Shown here: piece after piece, positions 47,022 to 58,385 of the stretch
Layout: the number at the start of each line of letters is the position of its first letter
How positions within the stretch are numbered: the stretch's first letter is position 1
Source of the DNA: Camelus dromedarius
Taxonomy: Eukaryota
Direction of reading: 5' to 3'
Assembly (NCBI RefSeq): GCF_036321535.1
Contig: NC_087466.1
Location: forward strand, 2,046,001 to 2,110,000
DNA length: 64,000 nucleotides
Made by a program: the position numbers and the translations under genes
Notes under the pieces: model-generated
Seen by the model: only the letters and a program-made list of their open reading frames with translations
What the model was told of the DNA's origin: nothing
Databases searched by the model: none

Positions 47022-47042
47022 TGACTTCAGCCTGTGAAGTCA
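47022..47042. promoter_or_regulatory. Inverted pair of CRE-like sites upstream of TSSK2
   Basis: tgacttca-gcctg-tgaagtca, ~150 nt 5' of the ATG; the same element is present upstream of TSSK1. Confidence 0.65.
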
Positions 47043-50000
47043 CAAAGCCAGGCCACCTGGAGTAGGGACTGGGTGGGGGACGGGCCCTGGAGCCCTGGAA
47101 GCCAGGCTGGCCTGGCAAGAGTGCTGCTCCCCGCCTGCTGGGAGGAAGTGCCGCCCAGGACCGTGGTAACCCTTCCTGCTCCCTCCTTGCTGTGCTGTCC
47201 CGTCCACAGTCAGGCCCAGGGGCCCTCAGGTCCAGCCAGCGTGCCAGCCTTTTACCCAGCTCCCTCTCCTGGCCATGGGGACTGACCCTGCAATGGTCCT
47301 TGCCCCACAGATGCCCATCTGCAGCTTCCTTGGTGTGTAGAGAGCACCCCCTCTTGGGCTTGTGTCTTCAGAATCAGCTGTGCCTGGAGGGACTGCCCTG
47401 GTCTGGCTGGGCCGGTGGTTCCAGCCTGAGGGATGAAAGTGGCTGCTGTTAGGGGTGGGGAGCTGGGCATGCCTGGTGGGGGAGGGAAGCTACGGTGCTA
47501 TGAGTGCCCAGGACCCTGGGGCTGGCAGACATGTGTTCCAAGGGCGGGGCTGCCTGGAGTCTGGTAGAAGTGATGAGGTCCTGCAGGGAAGACCTTGGGA
47601 GAGGGACGGGTGTTGTGAGAATGGCTTAGTCCCAGAGTCAGGGGAGGGGAGGAGGGGTGAGGTGGCACCTGGACCCAAGTCATGTGTTAAGATGGATCCT
47701 GGCAGAGGGCAGAGAATGGGCTCTGAGGAGAGCGGAGGCCAGTGCCTGTGACCTGGCAAGAGGAGGCTGGACCAGGGTGGGCCAGGGGAGGGGACAGGCA
47801 GGACAGATTTCTGGGGTGCTGGCCAGTGAGTGGGTGGGACCTGGGCAGAGCCTTGCTGCTGAGGGTCCTGGGGGTCGTGGGGGTTGGCAGGACCCAGAGC
47901 ATCGACTGTTGAGAGCAAGCACTTGGGTGGGGAGGGGTCCGGTCCTGAATTCTGTCACCTGGGACCTTTGTGAGCTGTTGGAGCCCTGGGAGGGCGCGCC
48001 ACTGCCGCATCTCTTAGACTGTCTATTGCACCTGGAAACAATGTGAAAACCTGTGTGTTCTTGGTTCGGGAAAAAGGGTCTATGTAGCATCTCCTCAGGT
48101 ACTTTGCAAGCCCTGCTGTCCGGCTGTCCACGTAGTGCGTGGCCAGGACCACTGTGCTGTCTGCTCTGTGCTCAGGGAGGACGGAGATGTCCTATTTCTG
48201 GGTAGGTGGGAGGGAGGTGACCATGGAGCCTGCAGGCAGAGTGGCCAGTGGGCAGGACATGCATGGCCACAAGCACGGCCACATGGACACACCTGGAGCC
48301 AGGGCAGGCCCTAGCAGGAGGTCCATGTGGAAGGTCTCAGCAGCATGGCCAGGTCCAGATGCTGTCCTTTCTCCAGGGGAACTTGGGTGAAAATGACCAG
48401 AACTTCACTCCTTTGTGTCCCAGAGGGGCCAGCTGCAAGGACCGTGGGCCAGGACCCAAGAGCTCTGCACTCTCCCAGCCTGCCTCCCACATCCCCAGTG
48501 CTCTGTCTGGGGCACCCAGTACGTCTGCCCTCTTGGCCACGTCCACCACCTGCCTTCCCATTGGTTGTGGACCCTGCTCCTCCACATCCTGCCCTTGCCC
48601 AAGACATGCATGCTGAGTGGGGCTGGTGCCACTGGTGCACTTAGGGTGGGGGTTAGATTGGACCAGACCCCCAGGGTACCCCCAGCTGTGGGCCTTTGGT
48701 CCGAGACCTGCAGCCCCTGGGACGGCCTCCTTGGAGCTTCAATCTTCATCTCTCCAGCTGCCCCATGGCTCTAGGCATGGACAGGGCCCTGCCTTCCTGG
48801 AAGCCAGGGAGAGTCACTGTCATCTCCACAGTGTGAGTGCCCGGGGGCTGTGCTGTGACACTGAGGGACACTGAGATCAGAGGTCAAGCCACATGGAGCA
48901 GGACAGGGACTTCAGTGCACATGAGGTCTGAACGAACAGTGTGGCCAGAGTGTGCCAGGGCAGGGTTGGAGGGAGCAATGCAAGCCACCTCCCCAAGCAC
49001 AGTTATGGCACATATGTGGTGGGGAGATGAGGGAGGAGGCTAGGAGGCCATATCTGGGAGGACCTCAAGGGCTAGGCATGGGGACCCTTCCTGCAGGCAG
49101 TGGAAGCCAGACTGGGTGCAGGAAGGGGGCTCTGGCCGCTGTGGGAAGTCATGGGAGGGCAGGGATGGAGGCCCAGGCAGTGTCTGGGCCATGACACACA
49201 GGACAACAGAACTATGAGGATACAGAATGTGTGGAGGTAGCTGTGGGGAGATGGGGGAGCTGGCAGAGAATTGGGCTGGATATGGGGCGGGGTGCAGAGA
49301 GGGCAGGTCTGGGGCACTCGGTGGATCTCACCTCTCCCAAGACCCCAACACAGACTGGAGGAGAGGTGACTGTCAAGGTTCTCGTTTTCTTGCTGTGTTA
49401 AACCTACAGGTCCACACGAGGCTGTTCAGAGTGAGCACAGAGCCGGAAGAGAACGTAGCTGCCGTGGCACAGCCGGGTGGCCTTGGCAAGAAACAGCAGA
49501 GCGGGCCCCGTGGCACCCAGCGGCCAGTGATGCTCACTGTGAGCCTGCTCCCTCTGCGGACACCAACGGCCACACCGTCAAGCATGAGGACGCCTGTCCT
49601 TCCTACTCACAGTGTCAGCATCTCCATTCTGGCAGGGAGCGTTCTGGGGACAGACTGGGACCAGAGGGGACAGGCAGGCTGCAGTAGGGCTGCTCCTGGA
49701 TGGCGGGGGGAGGGGGGGAGGGCTGGAGGGAAGAGCAGAAAGATAGAGTTGCCCATGGGGGTTTGGGGGGAGCTCATGGGAGGCTGGCCGCCTGCCCTCT
49801 GCAGGCCCCTCCCCACTGCAGCCTTCTGGGTCCTCCCTCCCCCCGCCCCTGGCCCGCATCCATCTTGCCCCACCCCACCTGTCCCCTTTGGGATCTCCAG
49901 CCTAGCGCGGCACTTGGGGGCCTCCCTCTCGAGGCAACATCTTCCTTGCTCAGCTCTGCTCTGGGCCAGGGCCCGTGGTCACCACCAGGACCGGGCACAC

Positions 50001-50142
50001 AGGGATGGCTTTTCCCGAGCTGGGAGGTGAATCGCAGCACCATCTGAGACTGGGGAGCAGGGGGAGTGCAGGATCCTCTCCCTGGACGACTGGAGCCAGT
50101 GGGGCAAAGACATTCACCCCAGAGTCTGCACTAATATAGTGA

Positions 50143-50148
50143 TTTATT
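50143..50148 (-). terminator. TSSK1 poly(A) signal AATAAA
   Basis: tttatt on the + strand, only 6 nt beyond the assembled stop (50155-50157). Confidence 0.75.
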
Positions 50149-50154
50149 GCTTCT

Positions 50155-51420
50155 TTAGTCACGTGGGTTACCAAGTTCAAAGGGAGGGGAAGAAACTGAC
50201 GAAAATAGTGGCTCATCTGGGCCTGTCTTCTTTCTTTGGCTTCTCTGGGGCTCAGGCTCCAAGCTGTGAGCTCTGGCTCGTTCCCTGCCAGCCTCCGGGG
50301 CTGCAAAGGGCTGGCTAGGTGTGCGACTCGGAGGCTGTCGTGGAGGCCCTTCCTCTGTCTCTGTGCTGGGCTGCTCGCTGGCGATGCCTGCAGCCTCCGA
50401 CTGCCTCGACACCTGCACCTGCAGTGGCTCCTCCTCAGGGCTTGTCTCGGGCTGGGCCTTGGGCCGGGCCTCCTCCTGGGGCTCCAGCTTGGTGGTGGAC
50501 ATCTTGTCAGAGCCAGGTTCAGGGGCCCAGGGGGGCTCAGGGCCCTGGGAGCTCTCCCCCTCCTTGTTGATGGCTGCAGAGGACAGGACCTGGGACTTGG
50601 TCTGCACCCAGCAGTGGCTGAGGATCTCATCGATGTGCAGCCGCCGGTTGACATCGGGCTGCAGCATGCGGTAGATGAGGTCCTTGCACTCGCCCGTCAG
50701 GTGCTTGGAGCGCGGGAAGTCCACGCGGTGNNNNNNNNNNNNNNNNNNNNNNNNNNNNNNNNNNNNNNNNNNNNNNNNNNNNNNNNNNNNNNNNNNNNNN
50801 NNNNNNNNNNNNNNNNNNNNNNNNNNNNNNNNNNNNNNNNNNNNNNNNNNNNNNNNNNNNNNNNNNNNNNNNNNNNCATATGCCGCCGACCCGCAGAAGG
50901 TCTTGCTGAGCGCCAGCCGGCCGCTGTCATCCCGCAGGCAGCGCTTGGAGAAGCCAAAGTCAGACAGCTTGATGTTGAAGTCCTTGTCGAGGAGAAGGTT
51001 CTCACACTTGAGGTCTCGGTGGACGACGTCCAGGTCATGGCAGTACTTGATAGCCGAGGACAGCTGGTGGAACTTCTTGCGAGCATCATCTTCCTGCAGG
51101 GCCCCCCGGGTCTTGATGAACTCCAGGAGGTCGCCCTGGACCCCGAGCTCCATGACAATGTAGACCTTGCCGTCAGATATCTCGAAGATCTCATAGGTCT
51201 TGACAATGGAGTGGTGGTTCAGCAAGGCCAGAATCTCAATCTCCCGGGGAAGGAATTTCTCCAGGAAGTCTGTGGGGGCTTTCTTGCGATCGATGATCTT
51301 GACCGCCACGTTGAACTTCAGGCGCTCAGAGTAAGCAGACTTAACTTTTGCATACGAGCCCTCTCCCAAATTTATTCCCATGATGTAGCCTCGTCGCTTG
51401 AGGATGGCCGCGTCATCCAT
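50155..51420 (-). CDS. TSSK1B: Testis-specific serine/threonine kinase 1 at the ancestral locus, intronless; 421 aa as assembled, with an N gap and an apparent C-terminal frameshift extension
   Basis: [27 protein letters not shown]...[19 protein letters not shown][N][18 protein letters not shown]...[16 protein letters not shown]1-type tail. The symbol follows the usual labelling of the non-primate TSSK1 ortholog. Confidence 0.92.
   Translation of the reverse strand: MDDAAILKRRGYIMGINLGEGSYAKVKSAYSERLKFNVAVKIIDRKKAPTDFLEKFLPREIEILALLNHHSIVKTYEIFEISDGKVYIVMELGVQGDLLEFIKTRGALQEDDARKKFHQLSSAIKYCHDLDVVHRDLKCENLLLDKDFNIKLSDFGFSKRCLRDDSGRLALSKTFCGSAAYXXXXXXXXXXXXXXXXXXXXXXXXXXXXXXXXXXXXXXXXXXXXXXXXXHRVDFPRSKHLTGECKDLIYRMLQPDVNRRLHIDEILSHCWVQTKSQVLSSAAINKEGESSQGPEPPWAPEPGSDKMSTTKLEPQEEARPKAQPETSPEEEPLQVQVSRQSEAAGIASEQPSTETEEGPPRQPPSRTPSQPFAAPEAGRERARAHSLEPEPQRSQRKKTGPDEPLFSSVSSPPFELGNPRD
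50731..50876. other. Assembly gap (146 N) within the TSSK1 kinase domain
   Basis: Run of n. Together with the adjacent G it equals 147 nt = 49 codons, the same as the TSSK2 segment between AAY and HRVDFP. Confidence 0.99.
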
Positions 51421-51588
51421 GGTGCCGGGAGCGCCCGGTGCCTCTGGGGCTGCCCTCTACATCCCTGCGGGACATGGGCCAGCGGCGTCCTCATTTACAC
51501 TGGACAGAGTCCTCTGGGCTGGCCGGGCCTGCCGTCCCTGCCTCCTAGAGGCCAAGACTGGGGTGGAATGTTCAGCATTGTCTCCTGG

Positions 51589-51611
51589 GTGACTTCAGTG
51601 GGTGAAGTCAC
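51589..51611. promoter_or_regulatory. Inverted pair of CRE-like sites upstream of TSSK1
   Basis: gtgacttca-gtggg-tgaagtcac, ~170 nt 5' of the ATG. Confidence 0.65.
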
Positions 51612-54012
51612 AAAGGAACGGTGCCCTGGGGGAATGAGGCTCTGGCCTGAGCAACTTGGACTCGGAACCCTGGAAGGCTGGCCACTGGGCTGCAGCAGAC
51701 TAGAGACCAGTGGAGTGTGGCCTTGTGCTCAGTGGGGACCCAAGGTAGGAGGGGGCTGTGGAGAGCACATTGGTTGGCCCGTGTCTCCAGACCAGGGCCA
51801 GGCCAGCCTGTGGAGCCATGGGCTGCTTCCTGCAACCCAGAGTACCCCTGAAAGTCTACGGCAGGTGGTCCCATCAGCCTGGATCTCAGCAGGAAACAGG
51901 AGACACACTGGAGCCCGGGCTGTCTGAGGAGGGCTCGGTAAGGGGATGGTTTACGAAGGTGGAGCAGAGTGTAGGGAGTCCAGGGCAGTAATGGAGCCTG
52001 TAAGAAGGGAGGATGCTCGCTAGGGCCTGGGAAGAGTAGTGCAGGGAGAGCCACCTTGAGAGAAGCAGTGACCTCAGGTGAGGCTGCAGGACCTCACAGG
52101 GAGGGAGCTGGGTCTGAGAACATCCCTGACCTCTCTGCCTTCAGCCCTGGACACCTTTGATGGTGTCCATGCAGCAGGGCTGAGAAGAAGGGAGGTGGGT
52201 CAGGAGGGGGAGGCAAGGACTACTAGCCCTGTAGCCACTGCAGTTTAGGAAGCCAGGCCTCTGCCCTCTCCCTGAACAGTTTGGCTGGACTTTTCACTTC
52301 CCTGTGCTGCTCTCCTCATCCAAACCCTCGTGGGCTTGCTTCTCCAACAGTGGCCCTGCGAGGGGTGGGATGGGTGGGACAACTGGCAGGGATTTGTGCT
52401 CTTGGCTTTGAGTTCCCTCCTGGGGGTTTGCCCAGCGGCTGTAGCCCTGGAAGGCTCCCAGGGCAGATCTGGGGCTGAAGGCAGAAGACTGGGACTGGAT
52501 CCCTCTGTGAGGGCAGCAGCTGCTCCTGGGATTGCTCCCTAAGGATGTGTGAACAGGGCATTGTTGGACAGGGGCCACTGTTTCTGCCAGCAGCGGGGCG
52601 CCTCTGCTGTGGGCCCCCTTTGTCTAGCATCCACTCCTGGCCACGCCCTAAGTCAGCAGGAGCAGACAGGTCTGGCCTAGCCTTGGGATTGACCTTGGTC
52701 CCATCTGGCCAGAGGGAGTGGGTGCCTCTCTCAGATGGCCCTGAGTGTCACGGGCTGGAATCCTGGGACCCTGGGACCCTTGAAGGGGCTTGGGGTGACT
52801 GCTCCTGGGGAGTGACTTGGTGGGCTGGAGGTGGGCTGGGCTGGGTGCCACCAGCCTTGGCCCTCCCCCCTCTCTCTGCACCCATGGGCCAGGCCTTGTG
52901 TGCATGGCTGGTGGTCCTTCCTTTGGACAGCTCTCTTTTGCTGAGGACACCCCATCTGTTGTGCTCCTCCCACAATGACAGGTGCAGGGCCAGCGCTGGG
53001 AGCGTTGTCCCCAGCGGCTTCCCTCCGTGCAGACGGGGCCTGCGGAGGCAGCAGCTGTGCCCGCGCTCCTCCCCCTCCCCCTGGCTGGGCAGGGCCCTTC
53101 CTCCAGAGGCCGGCTTTGCTCTCAGTTCCTAGGATGTGGGCTTCCCTGTCTGTTGGCGCTCCTTGTATGACCCTCCTTGAAGCTGCTTCCTCCTCCGTTT
53201 GAAATATCTCAGTGTGTGTGCCAGCACGGCCACACCTGCGTGCTCCTCACGGCGTGGAGCCACCTCCAGAACCTCCTCAGAGAGTCCGGACCCCTCCAGT
53301 TTTTCTCATCTCTCTCCGCTGCCGTTCGGCCTTAAAAAGACCACTTTGGGGCGCGCTCTTGGGCTGCTGACTGGACCTGAACCTGCAGGTGCGCGAGGTG
53401 TGAAGACCTGGTGTCCCAGGACGGGCTTCACCTGGTTCCCCGCCGCCGGGTCTCCGCACGCCCCACCCCGGGATCGCCAGCCTTGCCAACCCTGCGCCCC
53501 CTCTGTGCCCCGCCCCCTCCCCTCAGGCCCCGCCCCGGGCCCTCCTGCCCCGCCCCTTCCGTGTCCGTCATCTCTGCCCCACCGCCCCTGTCTTTCGGAG
53601 GCCCCCGCGCTCAGGCTCCTCCCCCGGGCCCCAGCTCTCTGTTCAGCCAATGGAGCCCCTGACTTCTCGTAGTCCCGCCCCCACTGGGCCGGCCCCTCAG
53701 CCATCTCCCCGCCCTGGGGCCTCGCCCCTTTGGGGCACTGCGCATTGGGAGAGCGCAGGCCCCGCCCTCGCCCGGCTCTCATTGGCCAGCACCGGCGGCG
53801 CGGGCGGGGGCGGGGCGGCGCGGACCGAGCAGGACGGCCGCCATCTTGCGTGGAGCCGGAGTCGGAACCCGCGGCTGCGGCCGAGAGCGCGCGGCCCCCG
53901 GAGCCCCCGCCCGCCGCGTCCTCGCCCGGTCCGGCCCCGGCCCGGCCCGACCCGACCCTCGGCCCGGCCCGGCCCGGCCTCCCCGCGGGGTCGCGCGTCC
54001 GCCCCGGGGACG

Positions 54013-54027
54013 ATGAACGGAGGATAA
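54013..54027 (+). other. 4-codon uORF (MNGG*) directly abutting the DGCR2 start
   Basis: ATG AAC GGA GGA TAA ATG GTG CCC. Confidence 0.85.
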
Positions 54028-54106
54028 ATGGTGCCCAAGGCAGACAGCGGTGCCTTCCTGCTGCTCTTCCTGCTGGTGCTCACGGTCACCGAGCCGCTGC
54101 GGCCAG
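54028..54106 (+). CDS. DGCR2: Integral membrane protein DGCR2/IDD, coding exon 1 (signal peptide); gene continues beyond the window
   Basis: [26 protein letters not shown](E), 79 nt, then donor gtgcgc. No exon 2 (LDL-A, LRCNPGQF) was recognised before 64000. Confidence 0.95.
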
Positions 54107-56069
54107 GTGCGCGGCAGGGGCGGGGCGGGGCGGGCGCGCCGGGACCTCCACCCCGCCTCCCCACGGGCCGGCGCCTCGGACCTCGGGGACCCCCGGACCC
54201 GTCCGCGCGCTGTCGGCGGCAGCCAGGGCGGCGGGGTTCGGCCGGGGCGGGGACCATGGGGCGCCGGCGTCTGCGCCCTGGACGCCTCTGGCTGGCAGTC
54301 CCGGGAGTGCTCCGGGGCTGTGACCCTCAGATGCTGTCTTCGTAAGGAAGCCTGTGGTGGGGATCGGGCTCGCTCGCGGCCGCCGAAAGGTCCTCTGCCT
54401 GTTCCTGACGTACCCCCTCCTCCAGCGAGAAAATCAGATCCCCAAATGCAGGGCCGAGTTATCCGCCAGGCGCTGGAGGCCGGGTGCTGGGGGCCCGCGG
54501 TGCTTTTAGTGGCCTGCAAAAATGTTTTCTTTTAAAACCAGCAGGAAAAAATCCTGAACTTTCAGGTCAAAGGAAATGTTGTAACGTGTATGTGTAAATA
54601 CATTCGTCTGTACACCAATGCAGTTGAAAAGTGTGATTCTTAATTTTTTTCACGGAGGAAGGGGCCCAGGCAGGCAGATTGCCGGGGCATCTTCTGTGGG
54701 TGCTGTCAGACCACGGCTGTAAAGGCAGCAGGGGGTGAAGCGGTGTGCAGCCCTCGGCCAGGTCCCCACTAGGCTTCTGCCCAGGGCACGCTGCACCTCT
54801 CCCTGCCACCTTTACCATCTGTGTAGAGTGATCTGCCTCCTCGCAGTGCCTATTTGGTGGCCAAGGCCCTGGCCCACACTCAACCTGGAGCTTCTCTGGG
54901 CTCCCCATGTAGAGCTGGCTGTTCACTGCTGTTGGTGTTCTCTGGGCGGCGAGGTGACTGGTTGTGGGGTGGTCTTGGTAGGAACGGAAGCCAGGAAGAG
55001 GTCCCCCTGTGGAGGGAGTACTGTATGGGCTCTTGCGGACCAGGGCCAGTGGACTTGTGGGTTCTAGTGATTAAGTTCTGGAGAAAACATGTTTACTCCT
55101 GTGGAGAGGTGGAAGTCATCCTGTCTGACTTCTGGGTCCCGGTTTTGGACATTACGTTTCTGGAGTCTGAGGGGTGAAGTCACACATCACATCTGTCTTC
55201 CTTGGGGTGCCTCTGGTGCCAGGTCCGGCATCTCCTGCCTGGATGATGGACATGACCAGTGTCCCCAATTCCTTTTCCGCCTGTCCACATATCCTGCCAG
55301 CTGGCCAGTGCAATTCAGAAAGCGTCTGGGCATGCTTGCCACCTGTCTGTCACTAGGAATCCTCCTGTGGAGAGAATACACCCTCCCTGTAAGAGTGCTG
55401 ATCAGGTGTGGAAGCAGAGGCTGGGTGTAAATCAGTCCTGAGGCAGGCGACAGGGGTGGCCAACCGTTTGCACCTGTGAGGCAAGGGACGACTTCAGGAG
55501 ACCTGGCTCTTAGGTCTGAGTTGGGGTAGGGAGATGGCTTGGGTTGAGGGAGCAAAGGTATCCTTTTCATCCCATGACTCTCCAAATCAAAACTTTGCAG
55601 CAGCCCCTGGTGGTGTCTTGAGTTGCCCTGCAAAGCCCAAGGGGCACTATCCTGCGCCCTGATTTTGGTTGGGCAGCGAGGTGGGTCTCACTCTCGGTCA
55701 CAGTGTTCTCCTTGTGTGCCCGTGTGTGCTCTGTGCTTCAGGCTGCTGGCTGGTGCCTGTGAGGAGGGCTTTTCTGGTCTTTTCTGGCCTGCATGCTCTC
55801 TTGGAGTCCTGGTTTAGACCCACGCTTGGGTGTGAGGAGGGCGGCAGGCAGAAGCTGCTTCCCAGGAGGAGGGAGCCCTGGAGGACGGGGGCTCAGCCAC
55901 TTTCGGCCGCTCTCTGACATAGGCTAGGGTGTGAGGCCTTCCCCAGAGTGGGAGCAACAGGAATGTGCAGAACTTGACCTCTTGCCAGAGTTTTCTTTTA
56001 AATGCATGTTTGGTCTCATTTGATTGAGGATATGTTATATGCCGGGGACCATTCAACCCCCAACACTGG

Positions 56070-56200
56070 TACTGACTGAGCTGGTTGAACTCTCAGGTGA
56101 TCCTTGTGAGGTAGATCCTGTTACTGGCCCCATTTCACAGGTGGGGAAAATGAGATCGAGCTCATGACGCCAAGAGTTTGGAGCACAATTTAGTCCTAGA
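56070..56200. mobile_element. MIR SINE fragment
   Basis: tgtgaggtagatcctgttactggccccatttcacaggtggggaaaatgag. Confidence 0.6.
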
Positions 56201-58239
56201 GCTGGCCTGCCCGGCATCAACCAGCCTTGGCCCGGGCTCTGTCTGCTCCAGCTGTGTGTCCTGCCCTGGCTGTCCCTCACCCCAGCTGTGGAGCCCAGGC
56301 CCCCTCCCTTCCCCTGACGGACCCTGTGGTTCTTCCATGTGAATACTCTCACCTGAGGGACGGAACCAGCCCTGCCCTCCGATCCCTGCTCTGACTGGCC
56401 ACAAGGACCCCCAGCAGTATGTGTTGTGTATGCCGGGGGCCGTAGTGAGAAAGAAAGGTTGGGGACCTCTGTTGGGGGTGACAGACATGGAGGGGCATTT
56501 GGGGGCCACTGATTGATCCCGTCTCGTTGACCTTTCTCTGTGCAGAGACTGTGGCATCAAGTAAGTATTTTTTCTAAAACTGTGTCCAGCTTCAATTATG
56601 AAGGAAAATCCTGCCATGTTTTAGCCCCAGCTCCGTGCAGGGAGACCTCACCGTATGTATCTGAGGAAAGTTTTCCCTCCCTGACTGAGCCCTGTCCCGC
56701 CCGAGGCCCCGGCCCTGGAAGGGCAGCCTGATAAGGGAGCAGGGCCGGGTGCTATCTTCCTTGTGGCTGGGAGAGGCCACATAGAGGGGGTCAGGCCGGG
56801 TGAGCCGGCTCCCAGCTCAGGGATCTGTCCCCGGGGCCATGAGGGGCCCAGAGGGGCCTGCTGGCTGTGCCGAACTGACGAGTCCTCCGTGAGCCAGGCA
56901 GGGGCTGCAGCACACAGGTCAGTGCACAGGGAGAGTGCGGGTGTCTCACCAGCAGACGAGGCGAAGCTCGTGGAAGCAGCTGGGAAGCTGAGCTGGCCCG
57001 GGGTTGCCGGCCGCCGCCTGCAGCCCTGCAGCACTTTCCCGCTGGCAACGTGGGGGCTCTAGGCCTGACTCTCATTTTTTAGTTGGAAAGTAGTGTAATA
57101 CACTCTCCAACCTCACTAGCTAATGAGTTGTGCTTTTTTTAAAATAAAATCTTTTGTTTGGGAGTGATTTCCAACTTAACAGAAGAGCTGCAGAGGGGTA
57201 GTGAGCACAGAGAGCCCTGCACACCTTCTGCCCCGACCTCCCGGGTAGGATCTTGCCTCACCCACCTTATCCCCCACCCCCTGTGCACATGTGTGTATAC
57301 ACACACACACGTAGTTGTGACAGACGTCGTGGCCCTTCTCCGAACCCTGGCCACTGCAGAGAGCAGGACATGAGCAGGGATGCCGCCCTGCCCGCCCTGT
57401 GTGGCCACCGGGGAACCACGGGGAAAAGTGCTATGGCCAAAGCCCGGGTTAGCCCTGGGGCCGCGATTCGGGGGTAGTATGTCAGCTGGTGGCTCTGGTC
57501 TCAGGAGTGAGAATCGTGCTCTGCGGCACTCTGGCAGAGGCAGGTGCACCTGCCACTCCTCCCACCCAGGTCCCCTCGCTTGCACCCCGCACCGTCCTCC
57601 TCAGGCCGGGCTCCCGCCCTGCACGCGGATGGACCTGAGCTTGTGCTGTTCTCTGCCCCTCTTGGTCCTTGCACAGGGAAACCCCTAGTGGTTTCCGGCC
57701 TCTAAGCAAAGCGTCAGTGACGATGTGTAGGAGCTGGAAGACAGCAGGGGACAGGCTGGACGGCTGCTCCTCACTGTGCTGCTGGACCGCTCCCTTGTCA
57801 TCTGTGAGTGGTGAGTGGGTGAGAGGCTGGTAGTCCCGAGAGCCCAGTTTTGGCCCAGAAGTTTGTCAGACAGTGCGATGGGTGGGCTCGCAGGATGGTT
57901 ATTATGGTATAACTGTATCTTTGTTTTGGGCATGGTTACCCGTTGACTTGGGATGTTTGGTGAAAGAAAGGTACATCTTGTCCCGCCACTCTCAGCTTGG
58001 CTGAGTCCTGTCAGTGTGGATGTGGTCAGCCTCTCCTCCGGGCAGGAGAAGCCCAGAGGAAGGTGAATGGCCTTTGGGCCGTGGTTGGAGGTGTGGCCCG
58101 GGGTCCCAGAGTGCTCTTGGGCTTCTGGGCATCAACCCGGGAGGCAAGAAAGCCAAGGTCTAGGGTGGCTTCCTGCAAGGGGCCAAGGTGAGTCCAGTGT
58201 GGTGGTTTGAGAGCACGGACCCTACTGCTGCCCCCGCCC

Positions 58240-58385
58240 CCCGTGACTCCTCAGTGCCTCAGTCTCCTGGTCTATGACGTGGACGTATAACAGCGGATTT
58301 CATGGAGGTGTTGTGAGAATTTAAATGGGTAGATGCAGGGTTATATAAAGTGTATGATACAAAGCAAATGCTCCCTAAAGGCTGT
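58240..58385. mobile_element. MIR SINE fragment
   Basis: ctcagtgcctcagtctcctggtctatga...gttgtgagaatttaaatg...tataaagtg. Confidence 0.65.

Larger units (their letters stand above)
53300..54500 (+). promoter_or_regulatory. DGCR2 CpG-island promoter
   Basis: CCAAT boxes at 53647-53651, 53744-53748 and 53781-53785; perfect YY1 gccgccatcttg at 53837-53848; many GC boxes. Confidence 0.88.

Noticed and set aside
50236-51927. 563-aa + strand ORF, and the similar 221-aa ORF at 45823-46488
   Set aside because: Antisense shadows of the GC3-rich TSSK1 and TSSK2 coding sequences, with no independent protein features.
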